Shown here in pieces: positions 19,756 to 29,194 of a stretch of 64,000 bases of DNA (its first letter is position 1; each line of letters begins with the position of its first letter). The stretch comes from Candidatus Poribacteria bacterium (lineage in GTDB: Bacteria; Poribacteria; WGA-4E; PCPOR2b), in the NCBI GenBank assembly GCA_965218095.1, contig OZ244587.1:960001-1024000 (forward strand), read 5' to 3'. The translations under genes were made by a program, and so were the position numbers. The notes under the pieces are model-generated. The model had not been told where the DNA came from and did not search any database. It saw only the letters and a list, made by a program, of their open reading frames with translations.

Positions 19756-20550
19756 TCAACTGCCCTCATTCAACGCTTGAATTCCGGGCCAATCCCGCCA
19801 CATATCCTCACACGGCGGCTTTTCTTGCGTCTGATCGAGGTCTTTTTTCCTGAAGTCATACAACACCGCCTGTCGAATTTGCTTAGAACAATTGTGTCCG
19901 GCCGCATGCCCGATGCGGTGGTGCCAGAAGACAATATCCCCCGCCCCACCATGACACTCGACATAGGGCCACCGGTTGATGGATTCCAGGTCTGTTTCAT
20001 AACCCTCGGTCCGTTCATGCTTGTATTGTGAGTGAAAATCGTAATAAAATTTCCGGTGGCTTCCAGGCCAAACGGTAAATCCGCCGCCTCTTGGCGGAAC
20101 ATAATCAATGTACCCAACAACCCCGAGGTGGAAAGGATGCCCATCCACATGGCAGGTGGTGGGCTTTTCTGGTGCATCACCATAAGGCAGGGTGCAGTAG
20201 ATTCCCCGAATCCGGTCGGGAGTTTGCAGATTTCCCACCCCCAGAAACTGTTCTGCCATTCCCCACACGTTAGGGTCGGTGGCAAGCAGTTTCACCATCC
20301 AATCTTCGCCGCCGGGTTCGCGGAAATTCCATCGGAAGCCGGATTTCTGATTCATCGAATCTTCACATTCATCTTCCTTCTTAATGGGCCCGACCCAGGT
20401 CTCCGGGTTATGCCGATTGAGAGACGGTGGCGCCCCTTCCCACAATCGATCCCTCGCCCGTGCCATCAGATCCGGATCTAAAACTCCGCGCTTAATCAAG
20501 TAGCCTTCCCGTTTGAAGAATGCAACCTCCCCGCTGGATAATCTGATCAT
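19756..20550 (-). CDS. Phytanoyl-CoA dioxygenase (PhyH) family Fe/2OG oxygenase
   Basis: FFKREGYL, HVD facial-triad motif, GGFTVWPGSH, GDIVFWHHRIGH. Confidence 0.85.
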   Translation of the reverse strand: MIRLSSGEVAFFKREGYLIKRGVLDPDLMARARDRLWEGAPPSLNRHNPETWVGPIKKEDECEDSMNQKSGFRWNFREPGGEDWMVKLLATDPNVWGMAEQFLGVGNLQTPDRIRGIYCTLPYGDAPEKPTTCHVDGHPFHLGVVGYIDYVPPRGGGFTVWPGSHRKFYYDFHSQYKHERTEGYETDLESINRWPYVECHGGAGDIVFWHHRIGHAAGHNCSKQIRQAVLYDFRKKDLDQTQEKPPCEDMWRDWPGIQALNEGS

Positions 20551-20563
20551 CGGTTGAATCTCC

Positions 20564-21661
20564 TCATTGGAGTTGAATTTGCGGTCTCAGGTCATTGATG
20601 TCTTTCATAAAATCTTTGCCGTCGTCAACTGTCAATATGTTTTTGTCCCCTTCTTCTTGCTCTAAAAGATCTGCCAGAGACCGATCCGCTTTAATGGTAA
20701 ATCCCGCATCTTTTATCATTTGTAGGGTTCGCGTTCTTGAAGCCCCCTTTGTATTCAGGTAGCCATCCACAAAAAGAGAGTTTGCCGGATAGAGCGCCAT
20801 GACCTCCATACTTCGTAGGTGCGCTTCTCGACCGGCGGCGATTCGGATTTCGGCCTCCGGATTCAAAAAACGGTACACGCACAGCACGCGGAGGCAATAT
20901 TCCGGACTGAGATCTGGGTCTTTCGAAAGCACATTTCCCGGAATGGGCAACAAAAAATTGACAGGTATCGATTGAACCTTCAGCTTTCGTAATGTTTTGG
21001 CGACCCCAATGACATCTTCCACTTTCTCTCCCATGCCCACGATGATTCCAGAACACAATTCCACGCCAACTGCTTGCGCCGCATGTAATGTATCAAGCCG
21101 ATCTTGATATGTATGGGTGGTACAGATGTTGGGATAATGCTTTTCCGATGTGTTGAGATTGTGATTCAGTCGATCTAAGCCAGCGTCCTTGAGGATTTGT
21201 GCCTTCTCCTTATCCATCAAGCCTGCGGAGAGACAGACTTGGATCGGATACCGGGATTTAATTCCTTTGATTAATTTTGCCAAATGCGCAACGCGCTTTT
21301 TTGACGGACCGCGACCAGCAAAGACCATACAGTAGCGATACGCCCCTGATTCGTAAGCACATTGGGCTTCAGCCAAAATTTCTTCATCGGGTTTAATTGA
21401 GTACGCCTCAATATTGGCGTTTGATGGCTTGGCCTGGGCGCAGTAATAGCAGTCTTCAGGGCAAAAGCCATTTTGGGCGTTATTGATGATATGAAGTTGC
21501 ACTGCTTTACCGGTGTATTTCTTGCGCACCTGATAAGCTGCATCAAGCAACGGGAGGAGTTCAACCTCGGGTGAAGTTAGTATCTGTAGACATGATTCGT
21601 CAGAAAGGGGTTTTCCCCCTAAACTTTTTTTTGCTAATTCATCATAAAACCTTCGTTCCAT
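20564..21661 (-). CDS. bioB: Biotin synthase
   Basis: CPEDCYYCAQ radical-SAM motif, NHNLNTS, CSGIIVGMGE, SIPVNFL, IRIAAGRE, ANSLFVDGYL. Confidence 0.95.
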   Translation of the reverse strand: MERRFYDELAKKSLGGKPLSDESCLQILTSPEVELLPLLDAAYQVRKKYTGKAVQLHIINNAQNGFCPEDCYYCAQAKPSNANIEAYSIKPDEEILAEAQCAYESGAYRYCMVFAGRGPSKKRVAHLAKLIKGIKSRYPIQVCLSAGLMDKEKAQILKDAGLDRLNHNLNTSEKHYPNICTTHTYQDRLDTLHAAQAVGVELCSGIIVGMGEKVEDVIGVAKTLRKLKVQSIPVNFLLPIPGNVLSKDPDLSPEYCLRVLCVYRFLNPEAEIRIAAGREAHLRSMEVMALYPANSLFVDGYLNTKGASRTRTLQMIKDAGFTIKADRSLADLLEQEEGDKNILTVDDGKDFMKDINDLRPQIQLQ

Positions 21662-21699
21662 CTGTTTTTCACAATCCTCTCTATTTTCTCTAGTTCCCA

Positions 21700-21869
21700 A
21701 GCTGTGATGCCCCCTTTGGCTTCGATCGATTGGGCAGTTGCCGAGCCATCCCGCCCATTCACGTCGGCAATGACGATTTAGGCTCATTCCTGTGCATAAA
21801 GCATGGCTGTCGCAGCACCAATACCTGCGCCCCGCCCGTGACGATGGGAATTTTATTCTCTAATCGCAT
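21700..21869 (-). pseudogene. 5' fragment of a short-chain dehydrogenase (SDR) gene
   Basis: Manual translation: MRLENKIPIVTGGA / frameshift / GIGAATAMLYAQE*A*IVIADVNGRDGSATAQSIEAKGG, with AGGAAGG RBS. Confidence 0.7.
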
Positions 21870-21925
21870 TGTGCCTTCCTTCTGAATTTTCCTGTGGAGG
21901 AATGCGTGAATTTCTGTCGGGTATT

Positions 21926-21954
21926 ATTATAGCGGATTTTTGGAGAGTGATCAA
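21926..21954 (-). promoter_or_regulatory. sigma70-type promoter for the SDR remnant and bioB unit
   Basis: TTGATC-17 nt-TATAAT on the minus strand. Confidence 0.6.
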
Positions 21955-22007
21955 CAGGAATTTTTAGGAAAGGGTCGTGTCTTATACCGATTTCGGCTAA
22001 TTCAGTG

Positions 22008-22036
22008 TTGACAACACATTAGGATTTTGGTAAAGT
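22008..22036 (+). promoter_or_regulatory. sigma70-type promoter for the BNR/DapA/Gfo cluster
   Basis: TTGACA-17 nt-TAAAGT, TG extended -10. Confidence 0.6.
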
Positions 22037-22089
22037 AGTGGTGTTTTCCCAAGGCATCCAGACGAAATTTCAAAGGTTAAAACGGATCC

Positions 22090-22122
22090 AACCTTGCGAG
22101 GGTTTGGAACCTTTGCAAGGTT
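22090..22122. repeat. REP-like hairpin, copy 1
   Basis: aaccttgcgagggtttggaacctttgcaaggtt; a related copy is at 25913-25940. Confidence 0.55.
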
Positions 22123-22149
22123 AGTCAAGCGAATAGGAGTTGGCAAATT

Positions 22150-23268
22150 ATGATTGAGATTCGCAGCACCGGCTTGATCTATCGCAATCCGAAACCACAC
22201 CTTCGCGCCCGGCATGCGTGGCACCCGACGCTGGTGGTAATCGACCAAGACGAATTGATCGCTGCATTTGACATCGGTGAAGCGATTGAGAGTCTGGATT
22301 ACCGGACCTATCTCAGCCGCAGCCATGACGGCGGGCAGACCTGGGATGCCCCCGCGCCGATGTTCCCTGATAATCTGCTGCAACACCCGACGCGGCGCAC
22401 CACACACATTGCCCGGCCAAGACGGATGTCGGACGGCCAACTCGTCGCACTTATCGCCTGCTTTTACCGCGACGACCCAGAGCAGGGTATTTGGAACCCG
22501 GACACGACAGGAGTAGCCGAGATGGATTTGATGTTGGCTCGCAGCCAGGATGACGGTCGGACCTGGCAGCAACCTCAGCGCATCACGCCGCCGCTGGTCG
22601 GCCAACCGTTCGAGATCTGTCATAGCATCGTTGAGTTGAAGGACGGTCGATGGCTCGCGCCGATGTCATGCCTCCGAAGTTGGGATGGCCAGGCTCCCAA
22701 CGGCATCAAGATCATCGCGCTGGTTTCCACCAACCAGGGGCAGACCTGGCCGACATACATTGACATCATGGACGATCACGCCAACGGTATCGCTCACTTT
22801 GAAAAGTCGGTGGTACAGTTGGCTGATGGGCGTTTGCTTGCCGTGGGCTGGGCATTCGATGAACGAAGCGGCAAGACCAAAGCCGTCAACTACGCGATCA
22901 GCGAGGACGGCAAAACTTTTTCGACCCCGCCGCGTCCGACGGGTCTGAGCGGCGAAACCACCAAGCTGCTGGCGCTGCCTGATGGACGCGCAATTTGCGC
23001 GTACCGCGGCATTGACCCGCCTGGCCTGTGCAGCGTGGTCGTCCATCTTGACGGGGACCAATGGCGACACGACGAACCGCTGGCGCTCTGGCAGGGGGAC
23101 ACACCCACGAAAATGTTCGGACAGGCAGCCGCCGCAGATGAGCTGCGCGCCCTCAAGCTCGGGTGTCCCAACATTGCCCTGCTATCTGATGGTGACATAT
23201 TGGTAGCGTTCTGGTGCTACGAGGAAGAGGTCTACAACATCCGTTGGATACGCATCGCTGTCAGATGA
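22150..23268 (+). CDS. BNR/Asp-box repeat sialidase-like protein (no signal peptide)
   Basis: SHDGGQTW, SQDDGRTW, STNQGQTW, SEDGKTF Asp boxes. Confidence 0.85.
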   Translation: MIEIRSTGLIYRNPKPHLRARHAWHPTLVVIDQDELIAAFDIGEAIESLDYRTYLSRSHDGGQTWDAPAPMFPDNLLQHPTRRTTHIARPRRMSDGQLVALIACFYRDDPEQGIWNPDTTGVAEMDLMLARSQDDGRTWQQPQRITPPLVGQPFEICHSIVELKDGRWLAPMSCLRSWDGQAPNGIKIIALVSTNQGQTWPTYIDIMDDHANGIAHFEKSVVQLADGRLLAVGWAFDERSGKTKAVNYAISEDGKTFSTPPRPTGLSGETTKLLALPDGRAICAYRGIDPPGLCSVVVHLDGDQWRHDEPLALWQGDTPTKMFGQAAAADELRALKLGCPNIALLSDGDILVAFWCYEEEVYNIRWIRIAVR

Positions 23269-23353
23269 ATCAGAGTGGGTTCGTCGGAATGCGGCGAATA
23301 CATTGGGCAATATTGGTTCGCCGGCTCAAATCGCTACGAATGGAGGCTGAATC

Positions 23354-24271
23354 ATGGATAGAGCCGCACAAGTTTTGGAACGTTTGAAAGGACCGGTTGT
23401 CCCCATCAACGTTTGTTTCAATGAGGACAGCACAATCAACTATGCCGCGGTCGGAGATTATATAAACTGGCTGTGCGAAGAGAACACCCCCGTGCTTTTG
23501 CTGACTTACGGGAGCAGCGAATTTGCCAGCATCAGCGATGAGGAGCTCTGGGAGTTGACAGAAACGGTTGCTTCAGCCAACGCTGGACGCTCGCTCTGTA
23601 TTGCTTCTACCGGTTTCTGGAAGCCAGCGAAGACTCGGGATTTTCTGAAGCACGCTGACGCTGTCGGCGCTGACGCCGTCAAGGTGCAAATCAACCCCTG
23701 GCTGCCGAAGACGCGAGAAGCCCTGGTCGGATACTTCGACCTGATCGAAGGCGCTTCCAATATCCCCCTGCTGCTGTGGGGAGATGCGTCGCCACCGTTT
23801 CCCGTCGAGGTCGCGGCAGAGTTGGCGCAGCGTTCTAACATCGTTGGCATGAAGAACGACGCGCACCCTTTCTACGACTACTATGATCTGATTCGAGCCA
23901 CACGAGATCAGGATTTTGGTGTGGTCAGTGGCGGTCAGATGCGTAACTTCGCCTTTGGATACCAGATCGGCTCTCCCGCTTACCTGTGCCCCATCGCGCC
24001 TTTCCGTCCGGATATCGCTTTGCAGTTTTATCACTTATTGGTCGAAGGACATATTGATCAGGCATGGCAAATGGTCTTCCGTTATGAAGACCCCTGGTTA
24101 CAATGGGCAATTGTGCATGATTGGCTTGCTGTGATGAAGTCGACCGCACAACTCCAGGGGCTGTATCCGAACAATCGGCCCGCCCCGCCGAATCCCGCGC
24201 CGCCTCCGAGCTTACTGGATGAAGTGCGGGCGAAGTTGGAGGAGATCTTTGGGGCCTCGCATACACGGTAG
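23354..24271 (+). CDS. DapA/N-acetylneuraminate lyase family protein
   Basis: LKGPVVP, LLTYGSSEF, VGADAV, VGMKND Schiff-base Lys. Confidence 0.85.
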   Translation: MDRAAQVLERLKGPVVPINVCFNEDSTINYAAVGDYINWLCEENTPVLLLTYGSSEFASISDEELWELTETVASANAGRSLCIASTGFWKPAKTRDFLKHADAVGADAVKVQINPWLPKTREALVGYFDLIEGASNIPLLLWGDASPPFPVEVAAELAQRSNIVGMKNDAHPFYDYYDLIRATRDQDFGVVSGGQMRNFAFGYQIGSPAYLCPIAPFRPDIALQFYHLLVEGHIDQAWQMVFRYEDPWLQWAIVHDWLAVMKSTAQLQGLYPNNRPAPPNPAPPPSLLDEVRAKLEEIFGASHTR

Positions 24272-24316
24272 ATTCGCGGAGAAGAAATATTCAACCTTGC
24301 TAAAAGGAGAAAAACT

Positions 24317-25426
24317 ATGTCAACCTATCGTGCCGCAGTTATTGGTCTGGGCAGAATGGGCAGCACTTTTGACGATGAGATTACCCAAGGCGGTTCGATT
24401 TTCCTGCCCTATTGCCATGGACCAAGTTACCATGCAGCCCCTAATGTCGAGTTGGTCGCCGGGGCAGACCCCCACGAGGAGCAGGCGTCCATCTTCGGTG
24501 AACGCTGGGGCCTGAGCCCTGACCATCTCTACAGCGACTACCGGGAGATGTTGGCGAAGGAGCAGTTGGACCTCGTCAGTGTATGCACGACAGCACGTAT
24601 CCGCGCCCACATCGTGCAGGGCGTAGCGCGCGCCGGAGTCAAGGCTATCTGGGCGGAAAAACCGATCTCCTTGACCTTGGAGGAGGCGGATGCGATGGTG
24701 CGTGTCTGCCAAGAAGAAGGAACCGCGCTGGCAGTCAATACCGCCCGCCGCTGGAATCCATTCTTCAGTGAAGCCCGGCGGCTAATTGACGCCGGTGAAC
24801 TTGGCGATATTCTGCAGGTGACCGTGTACGCCCAATGTGGTCTGTCCCATAACGGCAGCCACGCGATTGATATTCTGCGTTACATGGCTGGTGGAAATGT
24901 CGAATGGGTCTTCGGGGAGATGGAATCAGATGAAGCCGCCGCCGGTGAGGGCGATCTGATGGGGAACGGGTACCTTGGTTTTGATAACGGGGTACGGGCT
25001 TATCTCCGAAGTATGTCCTGTGGCGCCGCGTCCTGGGAGGTTGATGTCATTGGCACAGAAGGGCGCATCCGATCCCTGAATAATGCAGAGGAGTTTGAAC
25101 TTATCCGTACCATCCCCGGCGGTCGTCGAGGTCGCGGGGCACCGGCAAAGGTCCCCTTTCCCTGGCCCGTGCGGATGCAGGGCATAGGACTGACGATCGT
25201 CGCAGATCTGATTAACGCTATTGAGACTGGGCAACCACCAAAAGCTTCAGTCGAGGATGGACGCGCGGCTCTCGAAATTGCGGTGGCGTTGCGGGAATCG
25301 CATCGTCGTGGTGGCGTCAAGGTCAGCCTGCCATTGGCGGATCGAAGTTTGGGCATCCGTTCTACAGAGATTCGGAACGACGATGTGCCTGCACGAATTC
25401 GGCGGTTGCAGCAGGCGGGTTCGTAG
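24317..25426 (+). CDS. Gfo/Idh/MocA family oxidoreductase
   Basis: AAVIGLGRMG, AEKPIS, HNGSHAID. Confidence 0.9.
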   Translation: MSTYRAAVIGLGRMGSTFDDEITQGGSIFLPYCHGPSYHAAPNVELVAGADPHEEQASIFGERWGLSPDHLYSDYREMLAKEQLDLVSVCTTARIRAHIVQGVARAGVKAIWAEKPISLTLEEADAMVRVCQEEGTALAVNTARRWNPFFSEARRLIDAGELGDILQVTVYAQCGLSHNGSHAIDILRYMAGGNVEWVFGEMESDEAAAGEGDLMGNGYLGFDNGVRAYLRSMSCGAASWEVDVIGTEGRIRSLNNAEEFELIRTIPGGRRGRGAPAKVPFPWPVRMQGIGLTIVADLINAIETGQPPKASVEDGRAALEIAVALRESHRRGGVKVSLPLADRSLGIRSTEIRNDDVPARIRRLQQAGS

Positions 25427-25446
25427 AATCTCAAAGGGGGAATCAT

Positions 25447-25875
25447 ATGTCATCGGTTGTTGAACGCATTGAAGATCCCTCGCTTTGTGTAGTTCGGATA
25501 GGGCAGGGTGAACGGATTACCGGATTGTTGGCAGAGTTGCTGAACCCAGTTAATTTAGAGAGCCTTCACGAATACCGTCTGCCCGCAAACGCCGATGTCG
25601 AACTTCACTACCACGATTACGATGAATATTGGCTGTTTACGGCGGGCCAGCCGAAAGTCACGCTACGTCTCCCGACGGGGGTAACGAAGGCGTTGCTGCT
25701 TGAGCCCAGGGACATGGTGGCGTGCGTTCGAGGTGTGGAGCACACGCTGTGGGCGGACCACGAACTGGTTTATTTTCAGTTTTCGAGCGTCCTCGAAGGC
25801 GGCGAGCGCCATGGGCACCTGATTCGTGGGGCGCCTGGCTTGGCACAAGCTGGGAGCAAAGCACAAGAAACTTAG
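25447..25875 (+). CDS. Cupin-domain protein
   Basis: ELHYHDYDEYW ... RGVEHT cupin metal-binding motifs. Confidence 0.8.
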   Translation: MSSVVERIEDPSLCVVRIGQGERITGLLAELLNPVNLESLHEYRLPANADVELHYHDYDEYWLFTAGQPKVTLRLPTGVTKALLLEPRDMVACVRGVEHTLWADHELVYFQFSSVLEGGERHGHLIRGAPGLAQAGSKAQET

Positions 25876-25912
25876 TGCTTTATGGCAGAAATTTGTGGAC
25901 ACCTGAGATCTC

Positions 25913-25940
25913 TGAAAAGGTTTGGAATCTTTTCAAGGTT
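25913..25940. repeat. REP-like hairpin, copy 2
   Basis: tgaaaaggtttggaatcttttcaaggtt, same loop and right arm as 22090-22122. Confidence 0.5.
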
Positions 25941-26075
25941 GCTATCCAGATATTTATGCCTCAAACTACCGGGACAGCTTTCTCCATGAATTGATGAACA
26001 TATCGCCTGCGGCGAGCTATACTGTACCTGAAGCCGTTGGTATGCCCGATGCACACTTCGTTATGGAGGCTTATC

Positions 26076-27116
26076 ATGTATAAATGTGCATTTTTAGGTT
26101 GTGGTGGACGCGCCCGTGCGCATACCCACGCATACAAACATGTCAAACGCGGAGAACTCGTTGCCATCTGTGATCTCAATGAGGAACTCCTCCACGCTTT
26201 CGGAGACGATTTCGGTATTGAGAAACGTTACACCGACATTCATGAGATGCTGGATAAAGAGCGGCCTGACCTGCTTCACATCGTGACTGCGCCGGTGCTG
26301 CGGGGAACGAACCAATTGATCCGCTACCCGTTGATGAATATCGCATCAGAGCACGAAGTGCCTGCCGTGATTGTCGAAAAGCCGATTGCGGTGATGGGAG
26401 AAGATTGGCGTCAACTGAGCAAACTATGTCAGAATACCAAAACCAAATTCGCGGTGAACACGCAGCTCAATTTTCATCCGCCGAATCTGAAATTAAAGGC
26501 TGATGTCGCCGCTGGAGGGATTGGGGACATCAACTTTATTGATGCCAGTGCCCGTTCAACGCCGATTGATCAGGGCCCGCATGTGCTTCAACTGGTCTCC
26601 TCGTACATTGACAATTCGCGTCCGGTCAAGGTTTTCGGGCAAGTCTCAGGGGGCGAGCATCTGGATTCAGCCCAACCGTCACCCGACCATGCCACAGCGT
26701 CGATCACGTATGCCAATGGGGTTCGTGCGCTAGTCACATTTGGAACCAAGGGCTCGCCCGAAATTAGTGATAGCGAATCCGTATTCATGCACAAACGGGT
26801 CCGTATTTTTGGGAAGCGCGGGTTTGTCCATTGGTGGATGTTCGGATGGGAGCGTAACACATCGACGGATGGCTATAGTAGTGGAAAACACGATTACGGT
26901 GAGCAAGATGTCTTAGGACAGGCAGGCCTCACCGAAGCGATGTTCGATTGGCTTGAGGATGACGAAAAGGTACATCCCACCCACTTGGCGCAGTCGCTTG
27001 CGGAGTTTAATGCCATTTTGGGTGTCTATCACAGTGCATTGACGCACGCGCCCGTTGAACTCCCCTTTGACCCACCCGATGGATTGATCGAGTCTCTCAA
27101 AACGCTGCTGCTATGA
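26076..27116 (+). CDS. Gfo/Idh/MocA family oxidoreductase
   Basis: CAFLGCGGRA, VEKPIA, DQGPH; GGAGG RBS. Confidence 0.88.
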   Translation: MYKCAFLGCGGRARAHTHAYKHVKRGELVAICDLNEELLHAFGDDFGIEKRYTDIHEMLDKERPDLLHIVTAPVLRGTNQLIRYPLMNIASEHEVPAVIVEKPIAVMGEDWRQLSKLCQNTKTKFAVNTQLNFHPPNLKLKADVAAGGIGDINFIDASARSTPIDQGPHVLQLVSSYIDNSRPVKVFGQVSGGEHLDSAQPSPDHATASITYANGVRALVTFGTKGSPEISDSESVFMHKRVRIFGKRGFVHWWMFGWERNTSTDGYSSGKHDYGEQDVLGQAGLTEAMFDWLEDDEKVHPTHLAQSLAEFNAILGVYHSALTHAPVELPFDPPDGLIESLKTLLL

Positions 27117-27425
27117 AATGAGCCAATAGGTGCATAGCCCGGAGTGTTTCAAACATTTTTCGCCCCGATAACTCTGTCTCGTTTGAGCTATCGGGGGATT
27201 TATCAACATCGCTGAAAAAGTTGTATCAGTTAGCACTTCCAAAGCGGATTGAGTGATAATCAGCGAATGAAATGAATTCTGTACAAACTCAACTAGAATC
27301 TGCATGACAGGAACCACTCGGTGTGGGCTTGTGCAACAGCCTGAACCTGAAGCAGATAATCACTTGCTACTGTTGCGAATTTGTGTATAAACTGGAATTG
27401 TATCAACAGAAATAGGAGGTTTGAA

Positions 27426-28256
27426 ATGACGTATAGTAACGTTCCTATCGGAACATCTAACCCCGGTTGCATTGTCATCTTAGTCGATCAATCTTGGTCA
27501 ATGAGCGAAGATTGGGGAACCGGAACGAAGGCAGAGCGAGCCTCCCTTGCTGTCAATCGTATCCTTGAGGAACTCGTTCTCGCTGGCCGGGCCGGAGATA
27601 TGATAAAGGATCGGTGTCACGTCTCTGTTATCGGCTATGGTGAACGGGTTGAATGCGTCGTTGACGGCATGATATCAGAGGTCGCATCATCACTCATTGA
27701 AGTCAAGAAAGTTAAAAAGTCCATTCCTGACGGAGCGGGTGGGATTGTTGAGGTTGAAGTAGAAATGCCGGTCTGGGTGCAACCAACGGCGAGCAATAGC
27801 ACCCCAATGCATGAGGCATTTGAACACGCCGCCGAAATTGTTCAACGCTGGTGCGACGATAAACCCGATGGTTTTCCACCAATTGTTATCAACATCACAG
27901 ATGGTGCCGCCACTCAGCCTGATTTGACAGCAGATGCCGCAAGAAAAGTCATGAATCTCCACACGACAGATGGCAACGTTTTGGTTTTCAACATTCATAT
28001 CGCTAATAGTATACACCAGGAGACTTTCCCACACAGCACAGCCCAATTGGTAGGTGATAGCTTGGCAGAATTTCTCTTCAGTCTCTCTAGCGTTCTGCCA
28101 GAGCCCTTGCGCGAAATGGCAAAAGAAGTGGGACTTCCGGCAGATCCCGATGCCCGATGTTTTAGTTATAATGCGGATGAAGTCACGATGATTAGGATCT
28201 TGGAGTTTGGTTCTTTGAGCGTAACACAGATACGAGCTCTTCCATCTCCTGTTTGA
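27426..28256 (+). CDS. vWA-domain protein (TerY-like)
   Basis: MIDAS motif LVDQSWSM ... STPM ... INITDG; AGGAGG RBS. Confidence 0.88.
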   Translation: MTYSNVPIGTSNPGCIVILVDQSWSMSEDWGTGTKAERASLAVNRILEELVLAGRAGDMIKDRCHVSVIGYGERVECVVDGMISEVASSLIEVKKVKKSIPDGAGGIVEVEVEMPVWVQPTASNSTPMHEAFEHAAEIVQRWCDDKPDGFPPIVINITDGAATQPDLTADAARKVMNLHTTDGNVLVFNIHIANSIHQETFPHSTAQLVGDSLAEFLFSLSSVLPEPLREMAKEVGLPADPDARCFSYNADEVTMIRILEFGSLSVTQIRALPSPV

Positions 28257-28260
28257 AGAT

Positions 28261-29169
28261 ATGATTAAATTAACAGCGAGCTCCTTCATTACCCATAAAG
28301 AAGCGGAAAGCCTAGATGATTGTCAAGACGCTTGGGACCTGAATGATGAGAAGGGACGCTATACTATTGCAGATGGTGCGACCCGCTCCTTTTTTCCAAA
28401 GGAGTGGGCAACCCTGCTCGTAGAGCACTTCTGTGAAAGCGCCGAATTGTCTTTCACGGAAATGAATTGGCGAGACTGGATAGGCCCCATCCGACAAAAA
28501 TGGTATGAACAGGTAGAAAAGAGGGTGAAAGAGCGAAACCTGTTCTATCTCACAAATTCGTTCAACGCCCAAGAATCCGCCGTTTCTACTTTTATTGGCA
28601 TTGAATTCAATAAAGATAACGGTGCGTGGGAGGCTATGATTGTGGGTGATAGTTGCCTGTTTCATAAAAGCGATTCTGGGTTTGAAAGTTACTTGATAGA
28701 GAATTCAGCAGACTTTACGAATCGTCCCGAAGCTTTCGCTAGTTTTGAGAAGGACAATCACTCTGAGCCGACATTTATCCTTGGTAAAGCCAAACCCGGT
28801 GATACCTTTATCTTGGCAACCGATGCTTTGGCGAAATGGATTCTCGAACATAAGGAAGTTGGGGAATTAGATGCGGCACTTGATACCCTCAAAGCGGTAG
28901 AATCGGATGAACACTTCCACCAATTTGTCCATGAGGCGCGCCATAACGAAGCCATCCGCCTCGTTAATGACGACGTAACGCTTATGCTAATTTCGGTTGA
29001 AGAGGCTCAAAAGCCGGAAGAGACCGAACCAGAAGCACCCTCGGAAGCACAAACCCAACAGCAACAAGATGTCTTATTGCGTACTCTCTTTTGGGGAATC
29101 CTCGCAGGGGTTTTTGCGTTCTTCGTTGGGTTTATCATTCTTCTCTTGGTATTGCTCAATCAAAAGTAG
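28261..29169 (+). CDS. PP2C-like protein phosphatase with C-terminal TM helix
   Basis: CQDA, IADGAT, VGDSCL, LATDAL, NDDVT; hydrophobic C-terminus. Confidence 0.88.
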   Translation: MIKLTASSFITHKEAESLDDCQDAWDLNDEKGRYTIADGATRSFFPKEWATLLVEHFCESAELSFTEMNWRDWIGPIRQKWYEQVEKRVKERNLFYLTNSFNAQESAVSTFIGIEFNKDNGAWEAMIVGDSCLFHKSDSGFESYLIENSADFTNRPEAFASFEKDNHSEPTFILGKAKPGDTFILATDALAKWILEHKEVGELDAALDTLKAVESDEHFHQFVHEARHNEAIRLVNDDVTLMLISVEEAQKPEETEPEAPSEAQTQQQQDVLLRTLFWGILAGVFAFFVGFIILLLVLLNQK

Positions 29170-29194
29170 CGAAATCGTTAAATTGGAGCAGTTC

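Noticed and set aside
21662-21900. Riboswitch or leader upstream of bioB; extended 407-aa BioB start at 21787
   Set aside because: The region translates as a decayed SDR fragment; BioB similarity begins near 21661.
28997-29194. N-terminal extension of the kinase ORF overlapping PP2C
   Set aside because: An ATG with a GGAG RBS at 29195 gives the typical start just after the PP2C stop; the extension is likely spurious.
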